Below are positions 13,041 to 25,419 of a stretch of 63,851 nucleotides of DNA, piece after piece. The translations under genes and the position numbers were made by a program. The notes under the pieces are model-generated. The model worked only from the letters and a program-made list of their open reading frames with translations. It ran no database searches and was not told the origin of the DNA. Source of the stretch: Octopus bimaculoides (taxonomy: Eukaryota); the NCBI RefSeq assembly GCF_001194135.2, contig NC_068988.1, forward strand, positions 45,373,452 to 45,437,302. Direction: 5' to 3'. Each line of letters opens with the position of its first letter. Within the stretch, counting starts at the first letter, position 1.

Positions 13041-13832
13041 ATAATGGTGTAACTTGAAGCAGATAATGCTATAAATAATTGTGAGTAGAATTTCAAGTTC
13101 AAAACCCACTTTGTTGGAAAAAGTCAAATGCTACCCCTGACACACAAACACATGCCTATATATTTGTATATATGTATGTGTTAAATCTCAGTTTACAGGA
13201 TTTTAAAGAGAGGTTGTATGACCAGAGAAAAAGCTAGCAGTAACTTAGAAGCTCCAGATTAAAAGTATAAATCTAATGTCTCATTATAAACACATAATAA
13301 AGGAAAATAATGCTAATATCAAGTGGCAATAATGCAACAGTGCATTGGATCTCCTGACCACGCAATGTTTGGTTATAAAGTCTGAGTGTATCCATTGACA
13401 GGACACACCTGGTATTTATATTCATAGGAAAACATGCCAACAATTTGACAGGGAAATTATTAAAAGTGGTATACACACACACACACATGATTCCGAGGAA
13501 CATCATCATTGTTTTATTGTCAATTTTTCTATGCTCGCAAGAGTTGGGTGAAATTCTTTGAGGCTGTTTTTCATAACCCTTCCTTGTCACAAATTTTCAC
13601 TTCTTTCCAGGCAAAGTAATATTTTCCCATGTTTTGATGGAAGATTGAAAATAAGTGAAACTGTTTGAATGACAATGTCACTCATTTACAACAATTATGC
13701 AATGTCAAAACAAGAAGAAATAAGCATACACACAAACATTCACGTACACTTATATACATATACATTCATATATACATACATATATATAGGCATATATATA
13801 TATATATATCATCATCATCATCGTTATATATA

Positions 13833-14291
13833 TATATGCAAGTAAAAATAAATACAAAAAAAGGGGTTTTGTATGATTGTGTATAGAGGAATATATTATT
13901 TTGTTTAAAAGAGTTCCAACACTGTCTGTTTTTTATGTTTTATTTATATTCCTGCAAAACCAATGTGGGATATAGAATATGGAATATACAATATATAATA
14001 TAATATACAATATATAATATAAAATAAAAATGGATGGTACAATGAAATAAAATATTGAATGTCTTATTCGATTGAATGTCTATTCAATGTCTTATTGAAT
14101 GTCTATTCAATAAGACATATTCCATATATTCAATAAGACATTCAATACTTTATTTCATTGTACCATCCATTTTTATTTTATATTATATATTATATACTAT
14201 ATTATATATTGTATATTCCATATTCTATATCCCACATTGGTTTTGCAGGAATATAAATAAAACATAAAAAACAGACAGTGTTGGAACTCTT
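13833..14291. mobile_element. fold-back (palindromic) element, copy 1
   Basis: Arms about 13909-14070 and 14130-14291 are near-perfect reverse complements; left end shared with 51460-51578. Confidence 0.8.
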
Positions 14292-14301
14292 NNNNNNNNN
14301 N

Positions 14302-14340
<39 letters not shown>

Positions 14341-14344
14341 GCAA

Positions 14345-14488
14345 TGAGTTGCATTCAGTTCCCATCTACCAAATATACACATAAGGATTTGGTCAGACTG
14401 AGCTTCTTGTAGAATGCACTTATTCAATGCGCTGTGCAGTGAAACTGAACCTGAAACCATGTAGTTGGGAAGCAAACATCTTAACCAT
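14345..14488 (-). mobile_element. SINE-A degenerate 5' part
   Basis: Diverged match to the SINE-A tRNA head. Confidence 0.55.
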
Positions 14489-14581
14489 ACAGCCAAGCTA
14501 TGTCGTCATATATATATATGCATACATGAATACACACACACACAAACTCAAACACACACACCACTCACACAAACACACACG

Positions 14582-14613
<32 letters not shown>

Positions 14614-14762
14614 CACACACACACACACATGAGAGGATTTGGTATCCAGAAGATCCAAAATGGCAGGTAAGGCTATGTAAGTGTTATGGAAGGACTGTAG
14701 TTAGACTCCCAGTTTGATAATAGTTTGAGTGAGGAGTCTAATGTGGGTCTTGTGTGACCATG

Positions 14763-15167
14763 CTCTTTTACTTGTTTCAGTCATTTGATTGTGGCCATGC
14801 TGGAGCACCGCCTTTAGTCGAGCAAATCTACCCCAGGACTTATTCTTTGTAAGCCTAGTAGTTATTCTATTGGTCTCCTTTTGCTAAACCGCTAAGTTAA
14901 GAGGACGTAAACACACCAACATCGGTTGTCAAGCGATGTTGGGGTGACAAACACAGACACATGAACATATACACACACATATACATATATATATACATAC
15001 ATACATATGACAGGCTTCTTTCAGTTTTCGTCTACCAAATCTACTCACAAGGCTTTGGTCGGCCTGAGGCTATAGTAGAAGACACTTGCCCAATGTGCCA
15101 CACAATGAGACTGAACCTAGAATCATGCAGTTCGTAAGCAAGCTACTTACCACACAGCTACTCCTAC
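14763..15167 (-). mobile_element. SINE-A full length (tRNA-derived, internal AC/AT microsatellite)
   Basis: Reverse complement of gtggctgtgtggtaagtagcttgc...ggttcagtc...gggcaagtgtcttctactatagcc...tgactgaaacaagtaaaagag. Confidence 0.9.
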
Positions 15168-15429
15168 GAAATAAAATGAGACAACAAAGCCAAGGCAGTG
15201 TGAAATTTCTAGGACATTCATAAAGAGAAAAGCAATATATTTACACACACACACACACACACAAACATACATATACATAAATATACATACACATAAGAGC
15301 AACCTGGTCACTATCATCTGAGACATACCTGTCCAGACTGACAAGGGAATCAAAACAATACAAGTCTACATTCCTAAAATAATATGCACCACATGCTCCA
15401 GGAACAAAGAGGAACACAGCATATGATTA

Positions 15430-15652
15430 AAAATAATATTGGCCTCAGAATTTAGAAGAAGGCTACCAATTTCAGAAGATGGTGGTGGTGGTGGTAGGGG
15501 GGAATAATTTGATTACATCACACCCCAGTGCTCAACTGGTACTCATTTTATCTACCCCAAAAGGATGAAAGGCAAAGTCAACCTTGGTAGGATTTGAACT
15601 CAGAATGTAAAATCAGACAAAATGCCTCTAAGCATTCTGCCAGTTCACTGCC
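15430..15652 (-). mobile_element. SINE-B
   Basis: ccccagtgctcaactggtac...ccccaaaaggatgaaaggcaaagtcaacc...gaactcagaa. Confidence 0.8.
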
Positions 15653-15663
15653 TTCTGTCAGTC

Positions 15664-15856
15664 CTTTCTTATTTCTTTATTGCCCACAAGGGGCTAAACA
15701 TAGAGGGGACAAACAAGGACAGACAAAGGGATTAAGTCAATTACATCGACCCCAGTGTGTAACTGATACTTAATTCATCGACCCCGAAAGGATGAAAGTC
15801 TAAGTTGACCTCTGTGAAATTTGAACTCAGAATGTGGTGGTGCCAGCTCGCCACCT
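15664..15856 (-). mobile_element. SINE-B variant with L1/Tx1-like 3' tail
   Basis: SINE-B core preceded by tttctttattgcccacaaggggctaaacatagaggggacaaacaaggacagacaa. Confidence 0.8.
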
Positions 15857-15857
15857 T

Positions 15858-16066
15858 TCCACTAAAGGCACAAGGGAATGAAATTAGAGAGCAGAGGGAC
15901 TAGTTGATTGCATCGATCCCAGTGTTTCTCTGGTAGTTAGTTTATTGGCCCCACCACAAAAACCAAATTTGACCCTGGCGGAATTTGAAATGCGAAAGTT
16001 AAAACGGATGAAGTGTCGCTAAGCATTTTGCCCGGCATGCTGATAATTCTGCCAGCTCACCATCTA
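15858..16066 (-). mobile_element. SINE-B
   Basis: ggcacaagg...gatcccagtg...ggcggaatttgaa...ctaagcattttgcccggcatgct. Confidence 0.75.
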
Positions 16067-16221
16067 AATAATGTTAGTAACAATACTGAGCATTTTTACA
16101 ATGGGGATGAGAAAGGCTTCAGAAATGACAGTGATGAATGATAATAGCAGTGATAATGATGGAGTAGATGTGGATAATATTGAAGAATAAAAACTATAAT
16201 GTATTAAAGTATATACTTCAG

Positions 16222-16312
16222 TTCTGAATGCAAAAATACACACAGAATCTATTCTTCATGGAGATTTTTTGTTTCCAGATCCGTCTGATGATTACTCTGT
16301 GCAAGAAACTTG
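16222..16312 (+). CDS. candidate 91-nt exon (LNAKIHTESILHGDFLFPDPSDDYSVQETW)
   Basis: atacttcag| acceptor, open frame, weak donor |gtacag; peptide not recognised. Confidence 0.2.
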
Positions 16313-17424
16313 GTACAGAGATGAAATTAAAATTATGGACCATTAGTCATAACCATCTATTATAAAATAATAATTAGTCTAATCTACTATCAGTTTTGAG
16401 AATTCTTATTTGGTTCATGCAACAAAAAATATCAAATGTATGCTATGGAAACCATACTGGCATAAATAAAAAAAATGTAAAAAAAAACAAGGAAATAAGG
16501 AAAAGACACCAGTTACAACAAACTATATATGTATATAAGTGTTCAAATGTGTTGGTGCTTTTACAGCCCCACCACACTCAGACACATATAGCCATATATC
16601 CATATATATATATATATATATAAACACATATACAACTGCATGCATGTGTTTGTTTGTATGTATGTATGTGTGTGTGTATATATATATATATTTATACATA
16701 TATTTATACATATATACATACATACACATACATACATACACACACATACAAACACACACACACATATATATATAAATATATATATACATTCGTACATACA
16801 TATGCACACATACAAACACACACACACACATGTATACATACACATATATTTGTGTGTGTGTGTATATATATAATCATGAATACTTGCCTACACAACCTTA
16901 TATGCTCACGGATATGGACATACATACTGACACACATATTTTATTATTTGTGCAAGTCCCACTGCAGGCAGTCTGCAAAGTGGTGATGTTGTTATGGCAC
17001 TGATTTCTATCATAATGGTCATTGAATAAAGAGAGGTCCATCACCAAATACATGACCCATAGCATAATCACAAATCACACACTTACCATTCCTTTAGCAG
17101 CAAACAGTTACCATAAAACTTCTCTCACTCCACGTCTCACCCTCTCTCCTTTCTTTTACTTGTTCTCACTTCTTTCTCTCTATCTCTTTTCTTGATTTAT
17201 ATCTTTATATCTCTATCTTTCTCTCACTTTTTTTTATATATACACCAACCTCTGGATTTAGCTTTCTTTCTCTTTCTTCACACACATACACAAACACACA
17301 CATGTATATATAGAGGGATAGATAGACAGACATATATTATACATATATTTGCATATATTTATGTGTGTATGTGTGAGTATATACACACATATACCAATTA
17401 TGCATATGTATTTGTGTGATGATA

Positions 17425-17477
<53 letters not shown>

Positions 17478-17487
17478 AACACACACA

Positions 17488-17521
<34 letters not shown>

Positions 17522-18372
17522 GATGCATACTTACATAAATATGAAAACACATACAAGATATGTGAGAGCATGAGTTCATGTGTGTGAGTTTGCGTGTTAG
17601 TGTGTGTGTGTGTGTGTGTGTGTGTGCATATATCTCTGTCTGGGTTGTCGGCTGTGTAGAGGAAGAGGGTAGAGAATGAAGAAAAGATAATTGAAGAGAG
17701 AGGATGAAAACAAAATAAAAAAACATTAAGGATAAAGAAAAGTAAACAAAAATATATGGAAAATCTCTGCAAAAACAAATGAATAAGACAGACAAACAAA
17801 CCAATAAACAAATAACATAGAAACAATATACCAAAAAACAAACATACACAAACAATATAAGAACTATATATTGGAAAGAAAACAAAATAAAAGTTAAAAT
17901 ATCCGTGAAAATCATCAAAATGAAAACAATTACAAAAAAAAAAGACATGAAGGACGGATAATGTTTTTTGTACCTCATAGACAAAAGAGGGCTAAAATGA
18001 GATAGATTTAATAAATCTTCAAGATTGTTCAGCAATGATATTTAAGAGGAATTACCCATTATAGCAAACCAAGACATTCTTTGTCTTCTCATTCCCAATT
18101 CTTTTCCTTCATCTTTTTTGTTTGTTTTATTCTTTANNNNNNNNNNNNNNNNNNNNNNNNNNNNNNNNNNNNNNNNNNNNNNNNNNNNNNNNNNNNNNNN
18201 NNNNNNNNNNNNNNNNNNNNNNNNNNNNNNNNNNNNNNNNNNNNNNNNNNNNNNNNNNNNNNNNNNNNNNNNNNNNNNNNNNNNNNNNNNNNNNNNNNNN
18301 NNNNNNNNNNNNNNNNNNNNNNNNNNNNNNNNNNNNNNNNNNNNNNNNNNNNNNNNNNNNNNNNNNNNNNNN

Positions 18373-18417
<45 letters not shown>

Positions 18418-18798
18418 TACACACATAGACAGACATGTATATATATGTATCTTGTCTCCTAACCTTCTACCATCTCACTCCATCCATGTCTCCAGACCCA
18501 GCTTCTTCTCTTTGAGAACTTAGCTGAAACAATTTCCCATTTATTCATCCTTGATAAATCTGAGATTGTTTTATTATCAATACTCTCAGACGAAAGGTAT
18601 CTCTCCTCCCACTCTCTCTCTCTTTACATACATATATACATACATACACATGCACACATATATATGTGCAAACATGCACGCATACATGCATACACACACA
18701 TATGCACATATATATTATATATATACATGCACACACTCACACATAAATACTTACATATCTATCTATAGTTATCTATCCATATACATACACACATAAGC

Positions 18799-18840
<42 letters not shown>

Positions 18841-20120
18841 ATGTATGTATTTATGTATATATATATACATACATACATATATGCATACATATATACATAC
18901 ATATATATATACATGCATATATACGTGTCTGTTTCACTCTATCAAAACCTCACACTACGTGTCTCCTTGATCAGTCACACATACACACACACACACATCG
19001 ACTAAAATCACACACCTTTCCTAAGATACAAATGCACACAAAAATACACACACACATACACTAAACACATCCTATTTAAATGGTTTTTCATTGAATTATT
19101 CTCCAGAGAATTACTGTCAATGACTATATATTAAAAGCAGTATTTTGTATAACTGTATTTACGGAAAGTTGTTTTACCAATATAAACACTCACACTAGTT
19201 GTTGTTTACTTTCATATTAACCAATCAATCTCTTACAATAGAAGTGAACCACAACCCATGCATGTGCTTATATTAGCAGAATGACCCTCCTAAAAGGCAG
19301 TAATATCTACTTTTACATGCAGTTTCACGTGAGAAATATTGTTAATTATATATAAAAGAAAACAATAAATTACACTGTATAACATGATTTTTGACCTTGG
19401 GTAGCAACTGATCTTTCCAATTTGCTCACTCCTAGAAAGAATGAAAAATAGTTGCACTATGGCAAAAGACATTCAAACCATGACCATCTCTTCTGTTTAT
19501 TTCAGATGTATACCTGTGATTGTATTAGCTAATGTGTTAATCTCTCTTAATATGACAAAATATGATTTGAAGGAGATTTGGCTGTAGTTTCTAGGAAAAC
19601 GAGTGACTGTGCACAATCACTCATGATATGTTGATCTTCCTTGGCAAAAATGAGATAATCCTGTGACAGACAAGTGTCCCGTCTGGGTGAGGAAGTTATA
19701 TGCCATGGAAACTGACAAACCAAACTTTATGAGTTGACATGACCTGAGAATATAACTTTACTTTGACTTTTTTATACAGCTATGTTAATCACTTCACTAA
19801 GGTGACACCACAGTTTCAACCATCCAACAAGTTAGGATTATTCATATTAGTGGCATGCCAATGGAGAGTTCATACCACAGTGTCAAGGTAGGAGATTATA
19901 TATATTTGACATAGCTTACAGGAATCCAAACAGTGAATTGAAATATGCTCAATCTGACACAGAAATCCACTTCATCAAAACACAATCAAGTTATTAATCA
20001 TTTACTCAATGTCATTTTTCTTATTCTTTTTCTCATTAAATTCTCTTCATCACTTTCAGAATGCAAGTTCAACAGTTTGTTCCTCTATTTTTTAAAGATT
20101 GATTATAATGCTTGTTCCAG

Positions 20121-20185
20121 CATGAAACTCCTCAGACAGATGCTTCACATCTCTATCAGTTCTCCCAAAGACTTGATTTCATGAG
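20121..20185 (+). CDS. candidate 65-nt exon (HETPQTDASHLYQFSQRLDFMR)
   Basis: gcttgttccag|CAT...ATGAG|gtattg; open frame; peptide not recognised. Confidence 0.25.
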
Positions 20186-20218
20186 GTATTGATAAACATC
20201 CTATTACTGACAGATATA

Positions 20219-20427
20219 TACTCTTTTACTTGTTTCAGTTATTTGACTGTGGCCATGCTGGAGCACCGCCTTTAGTCGAGCAAATTGACCCCAGGATTTA
20301 TTCGTTGTAAGCCTAGTACTTATTCTGTCGGTCTCTTTTGCCGAACTGCTAAGTTACGGGGATGTAAACACACCAGCATCGGTTGTCAAGCGATGTTGGA
20401 GGGACAAACACAGACACACAAACATAT

Positions 20428-20474
<47 letters not shown>

Positions 20475-20640
20475 TACGACGGGCTTCTTTAAGTTTCTGT
20501 CTAGCAAATCCACTCACAAAGCTTTGGTCAGCCTGAGGCTATAGTAGAAGACACTTGCCCAAGGTGCTACACAGTGGGACTGAACACGGAACCATGTGGT
20601 TGGTAAGCAAGCTACTTACCACACAGTTACTCCTATGCCT
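20219..20640 (-). mobile_element. SINE-A full length
   Basis: As 14763; probable donor of the inverted copy at 32507-32949. Confidence 0.9.
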
Positions 20641-20994
20641 AGGAATTTTTGACACTTTTACCACAGAATAAAACACATGGTAAGTGTTGCTATGATGGAT
20701 GCAGCCAATAAACTGATGCCATTCTTAGACAGTGCCAGTCACAGTACAGAGCACACAGCATGTAACAGTTGTGTATCAGTGGCTTTGTAAGCACTTTCTC
20801 AAACTTTTAGTTTGTGGCGCTTCTCTCAAAAACCTTTTGGATTTTAAAGGTTCTCTTGAATTCGATATAAAAGAGTGTCAACGCACAGACATTTTTTTGT
20901 TGGAAATAATATATAGCTATAAAATAAAATATTTACATAGTCAACCGGTTTCACTTATGCTAATCATGAGTAAGTAGTTACAAGGCCCAAATTT

Positions 20995-21140
20995 GGAAGG
21001 ATGATTTTTATGTGCTACCAGCATGGGTGCCTATTACATGACATTGGCATCAGTCATGACTATGGTTTCACTTGGCTTGACAGGTCTTCTCAAGCACAGC
21101 ATATCACCAAAGGTTTCAGTTACTTCTTATTGCCTTCCTT
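20995..21140 (-). mobile_element. RTE-like 3' region fragment
   Basis: ttcacttggcttgacaggtcttctcaagcacagcatatcaccaaagg; reverse complement of 31020-31080. Confidence 0.55.
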
Positions 21141-21510
21141 TTAGCTAATTAATCACTGTTTTCCATATATATTAGAATAATATTCTATTATTAGTAGGAA
21201 GGATTTATTCACTTATGTATCATAAATACTCACTTTTGCAGTTTCATTATTGACCTATCCTAGTTTCAACCCACTAGGCTAAGAGGTCTTTCTTTTATTA
21301 TTTGCAAACCATTTGTATGCATGTTTTGGATATTTCCAAAGTTTTCCCCTTACAATAGTGACTATTCATGCAGCATATGAACAGCTTTACATGGCTGTAA
21401 ACCTTTCACATTTAAAGTATTTTGCTACATGTTGATGTGTACTTGAGTGGTAGAAAAACATAAATGGTGTATATTTATTTGTTTTTCTCATATGTTATTT
21501 CAATTTTCAG

Positions 21511-21536
21511 GGTTTCCATTTCCAAAAGAATTTCAT
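21511..21536 (+). CDS. candidate 26-nt exon (GFPFPKEFH)
   Basis: Strong pyrimidine tract gttatttcaattttcag|, donor |gtgtgt. Confidence 0.2.
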
Positions 21537-21589
21537 GTGTGTTGTTTTTAAAGATATAGAAGGAGGACGTTAAACAATGATGATGATGA

Positions 21590-21979
21590 TGTTGTTGGTG
21601 TTGGCAATCTGTCGCTTATGACGTTGAGGGTTCCAGTTGATCCTATCAATGGAACAGCCTACTTGTGAAATTAACGTGCAAGTGGCTGAGCACTCCACAG
21701 ACACGTGTACCCAACGTAGTTCTTGGGGATACTCAGTGTGACACAGTGTGACAAGGCTGACCCTTTGAATTACAGGCACAACAGAAACTGGAAGAAAGAG
21801 TGAGAGAAAGTTGTGGTGAAAGAGTACAGCAGGGTCCGACACCATCCCCTGCCGGAGCCTCGTGGAGCTTTAAGCGTTTTCGTTCAATAAACACTCACAA
21901 CGCCCGGTCTGGGAATCGAAACCGCAATCCTATGACCACGAGTCTGCTGCCCTAACCACTAGGCCATTACGCCTCCACA
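21590..21979 (-). mobile_element. SINE-C group (tRNA-derived)
   Basis: Reverse complement of a tRNA-like head tgtggaggcgtaatggcctagtggttagggcagc...ggtttcgattcccagaccgggcgttgtgagtg; (ATC)n tail. Confidence 0.8.
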
Positions 21980-22677
21980 ATGATGATGATATCTTTTAAT
22001 TTACACATACATACACAACACTCACACACACAACACACACACATACAAGCATACATACACTCACAACACACACACACACATACTAACACAAATATACTTA
22101 CAAAATCACTATCACATATACTTACAAAAACACCACCTACACATATGTTTTATGTGTTGTATGTGTGTAAAATGAACAATATATTTATCAAATCTCTTAA
22201 TACTTATAAAATTCTTCTGAGAACAGAAAGCCTGTGTATTGAACCAACACACTAGCGAAAGAATTGAACGTAAAAAAAAGAATAAAACTAAAACTAGTGA
22301 AAAAAAAAAAGAAAAGAAAAATCCAACACTCACCAAGAAAACTGAAATGATACTTGAAAGTGGAAGCAGCATGGAGTGACCATGTACAACAATATAATCT
22401 TAGACATAACAACAACACCAATAATGACAACAACAACAACGTTAACTTTGAAACATTCCATTATATACAACAACAAATATGATTTGTATTGTGTAAAATC
22501 AGAAAGGCAAATAGAAGAGGAGGAACAAAGACTACAATGATAATACAAAAATAATATTAAATAAAATATGACTTCAGGTAAACTGAAACTTTGGACATGT
22601 TTAATCCGGATTAAAATAAATCAATTATAAATAATACCCTGTCATCTCGTCTCTATTCCTTCCTTATCACTTATTAG

Positions 22678-22683
22678 ATGAAA
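22678..22683 (+). CDS. candidate 6-nt microexon ATGAAA
   Basis: ctcgtctctattccttccttatcacttattag|ATGAAA|gtaaga. Confidence 0.25.
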
Positions 22684-23084
22684 GTAAGATTCAGAAACAG
22701 TTAGAGAGTGTCCCAAAACCTCTGTCTCGCTCTCTTTTTATCTCTTGGAATGAAAAAAGGAGAATGAAGAAAATTTAGTAGTTGGTATTGATGGTGGTGA
22801 TAGAGTTGGTGGGAGATTGTGATAAAATAATTATGAATTATAAAAAATATGACGAAAAATAGACTGGCAGAATTGTGTGAGGGTCAAATAAAATACCGGT
22901 GGTAGCTCTCAGTTCAAATCAAGCAAAGATCAGCTTTGTCTTTCATTTCACTCCTCTTTCTGGTGGCACAATGTGTGACTCAAAAATACAGTATCAGTGA
23001 CGTACTAGGATTAACTTAATATTCTTAAGCAACATTGCTAGAAGTGAATGAAATTATGTATAAATGAATAATATTATTAATTTT

Positions 23085-23232
23085 TTTTTTCTACTTGGGG
23101 TACAAGGCCAGCAATTTTGAAGGGAAGGTGCAAGTTGATTACAATGATCCTAATACTTAACAGATATTTATATCGTTGACTCTGAGAGAATAAAAGGCAA
23201 AGCTACCCTCAGCAGAATTTGAACTCAGTACA
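23085..23232 (-). mobile_element. SINE-B partial
   Basis: ctacttggggtacaaggccagcaattttg...aaaggcaaagctaccctcagcagaatttgaactcag. Confidence 0.7.
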
Positions 23233-23242
23233 TAATGATGAG

Positions 23243-23465
23243 TGGAGGCACGTGGCTTAGTGGTTAGGGTGTCAGCATCATGATCGTAAGATTGTGGCTT
23301 CGATTTCTGGACCGGGTGAAATGTTGTGTTCTTGAGCAAAACACTTCATTTCACATTGCTCCAGTCCACTCAGCTGGCAAAAATGAGTAACGCTGCGATG
23401 GACTGGCCATTGAAACCGGGAAACTGGGCCCATGAGCCTGGCTAGGCTTTAAAAGGGTGCATTAA
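23243..23465 (+). mobile_element. SINE-C group (tRNA-derived)
   Basis: gtggaggcacgtggcttagtggttagggtg (A-box-like)...ggcttcgatttc (B-box-like)...ttcttgagcaaaacacttcatttcac. Confidence 0.8.
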
Positions 23466-23544
23466 TTTTTTTTATTACATAATGATGAATAAAATGCTGC
23501 TAACTATTTTGTCCAGCATGCTAATGATTCTGTCAACTTACCAA

Positions 23545-24163
23545 TGGCTTCAAATTTTGGCACAAAGCTAGCAATTTCGGACAGGAAGACAGTCAATTAC
23601 ATTGACCCCAATGTTCAACTGGTAATTATTTCATTAACCCTGAAAAGATAAAAGGCAAAGTCAACCTTGGCAGGATTTGAACACAAAATGTAAAGATGGT
23701 TGAAATGACACTAAGTATTGTGTCTGATGTTAGCAACTATAGGCGTAAGAGTGGCTGTGTGGTAAGTAGCTTGCTTACAAACCACATGGTTCCGGGTTCA
23801 GTCCCACTGCATGGCACCTTGGGCAAGTGTCTTCTACTATAGCCTCAAGCCGACCAAAACCTTGTGAGTTGATTTGGTAGACAGAAACTGAAAGAAGCCC
23901 ATCATATATATGTATATATATATGTATGTGTGTGTGTCTGTGTTTGTGCCCCCCAACATCGCTTGACAACCGATGCTGGTGTGTTTACATCCCCGTAACT
24001 TAGCAGTTCGGCAAAAGAGACCAATATAATAAGTACTAGGCTTACAAAGAATAAGTTCTGGGGTCGATTCGCTTGACTAAAGGCAGTACTCCAGCATGGC
24101 CACAGTCAAATGACTGAAACAAGTAAATGAGTAAGAGAGTAACTCTGCCAGCTCATTGCCTTC
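23545..24163 (-). mobile_element. SINE-B interrupted by a SINE-A insertion
   Basis: SINE-B body 23545-23740 resumes at 24141 (aactctgccagctcattgcctt). Confidence 0.75.
23741..24140 (+). mobile_element. SINE-A full length, nested
   Basis: aggcgtaagagtggctgtgtggtaagtagc...tgactgaaacaagtaaatgag. Confidence 0.9.
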
Positions 24164-24196
<33 letters not shown>

Positions 24197-24210
24197 TTAA
24201 TAATAATAAT

Positions 24211-24421
24211 AATCCTTTCCACAAGAGGCACAAGGCCTGAAATTTTCGTGGAAGGGATTAAGTCAATTACGTTGACTCCAGTACATAACTGGTACTAATT
24301 TTATTGACCCCAAAAAGATGTTAGGCAAAGTCGACCTCGTCGATATTTGAACTCAAAACCTAGCGGCAGACAAAATGCCGCTAAGCATTTCGCCCAGCGT
24401 GCTAGTAATTCGGCCACCTCA
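24211..24421 (-). mobile_element. SINE-B with (AAT)n tail
   Basis: aatcctttccacaagaggcacaaggcctgaaatt...ggcaaagtcgacctc...gctaagcatttcgcccagcgtgct. Confidence 0.85.
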
Positions 24422-24854
24422 CCAAAAATCATATCTACAATAGGCACAAGTCAGTGATGACGATGACGATGATGATGATGGTGGTGATGATGAGGATATT
24501 GTATTCATAGTACTATAAGCATTATGTGCTCAGTACCTAGGAGTACTCTTTTCTATGTTATGTATATAGAGAAAGTTCTTTGGCTTTGGTTACATAATGC
24601 TCTGCATGCTTTTAATCATTTCTCAAATTAGTATCATTAATATTTATGTTGTTGTTGCTGTTGTTGTTGTTATGCCCTGCCCCTCCTCCTCCTCCTCCAC
24701 ATCATCATCATCATTGTCGTCGGCATCATTGACGTCGTCATCATCTTTAGAGTGGTGTCAAAATTGGTGGAAGTATGCGGTGTTTGTTGTTGCCATTTAA
24801 AATGTCTTGGAAAAGAAGTGAAATAGACAGGCATAAATAATTGACTCTACTCAC

Positions 24855-24936
24855 TTGAAAAGATCTTGATATTCTGTCAGAGGAAACATTCCTGCTTCTT
24901 GACGCAAATTAACTAAGTTTATTTGCCAGGAATTTG
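24855..24936 (-). CDS. candidate 82-nt coding exon (NSWQINLVNLRQEAGMFPLTEYQDLFK)
   Basis: Strong acceptor ctttttttggctttgtttgcag| and donor AA|gtgagt on the minus strand; open frame; peptide not recognised. Confidence 0.4.
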
Positions 24937-24964
24937 CTGCAAACAAAGCCAAAAAAGTAGCTTT

Positions 24965-24975
24965 CAACACTACTA

Positions 24976-25054
<79 letters not shown>

Positions 25055-25100
25055 CACCACCACCACCATTACTGCTGCTGCTAGTAATAATAATGATAAT
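24965..25100. repeat. compound (ACT)n(GCT)n(ACC)n trinucleotide array
   Basis: Direct reading. Confidence 0.9.
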
Positions 25101-25316
25101 AATCCTTTCTACTATAAGCACAAGGCCTGGAATTCTGGGGGAAGGGGCAAGTCAATTACATCGACCCCAGTATTCAACTGGTATTTAATTTAATGACCCT
25201 AAAAGGATAAAATGCAAAGTTGACCTCGGTGGAATTTGAACACAGAACATAAAGATGGATGAAATGCCACTACACATTTTGCCTGACATGCTAACAATTC
25301 TGCCAGCTCACTGCTT
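25100..25316 (-). mobile_element. SINE-B
   Basis: aatcctttctactataagcacaaggcctgg...catcgaccccagtattcaactgg...gacctcggtggaatttgaac. Confidence 0.85.
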
Positions 25317-25419
25317 TTATGATGATGATGATGATGATCATAATAATAATAATAATAATAATAATAGTAATAATAATAATAATGATGATGATGATAATAG
25401 CGATAATAATAATAATAGT

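Noticed and set aside
23243-23320. tRNA-like sequences (also 21900-21979, 23741-23815 and 62060-62130)
   Set aside because: They are SINE heads: A/B-box-like motifs continue directly into SINE bodies and no complete cloverleaf is evident.
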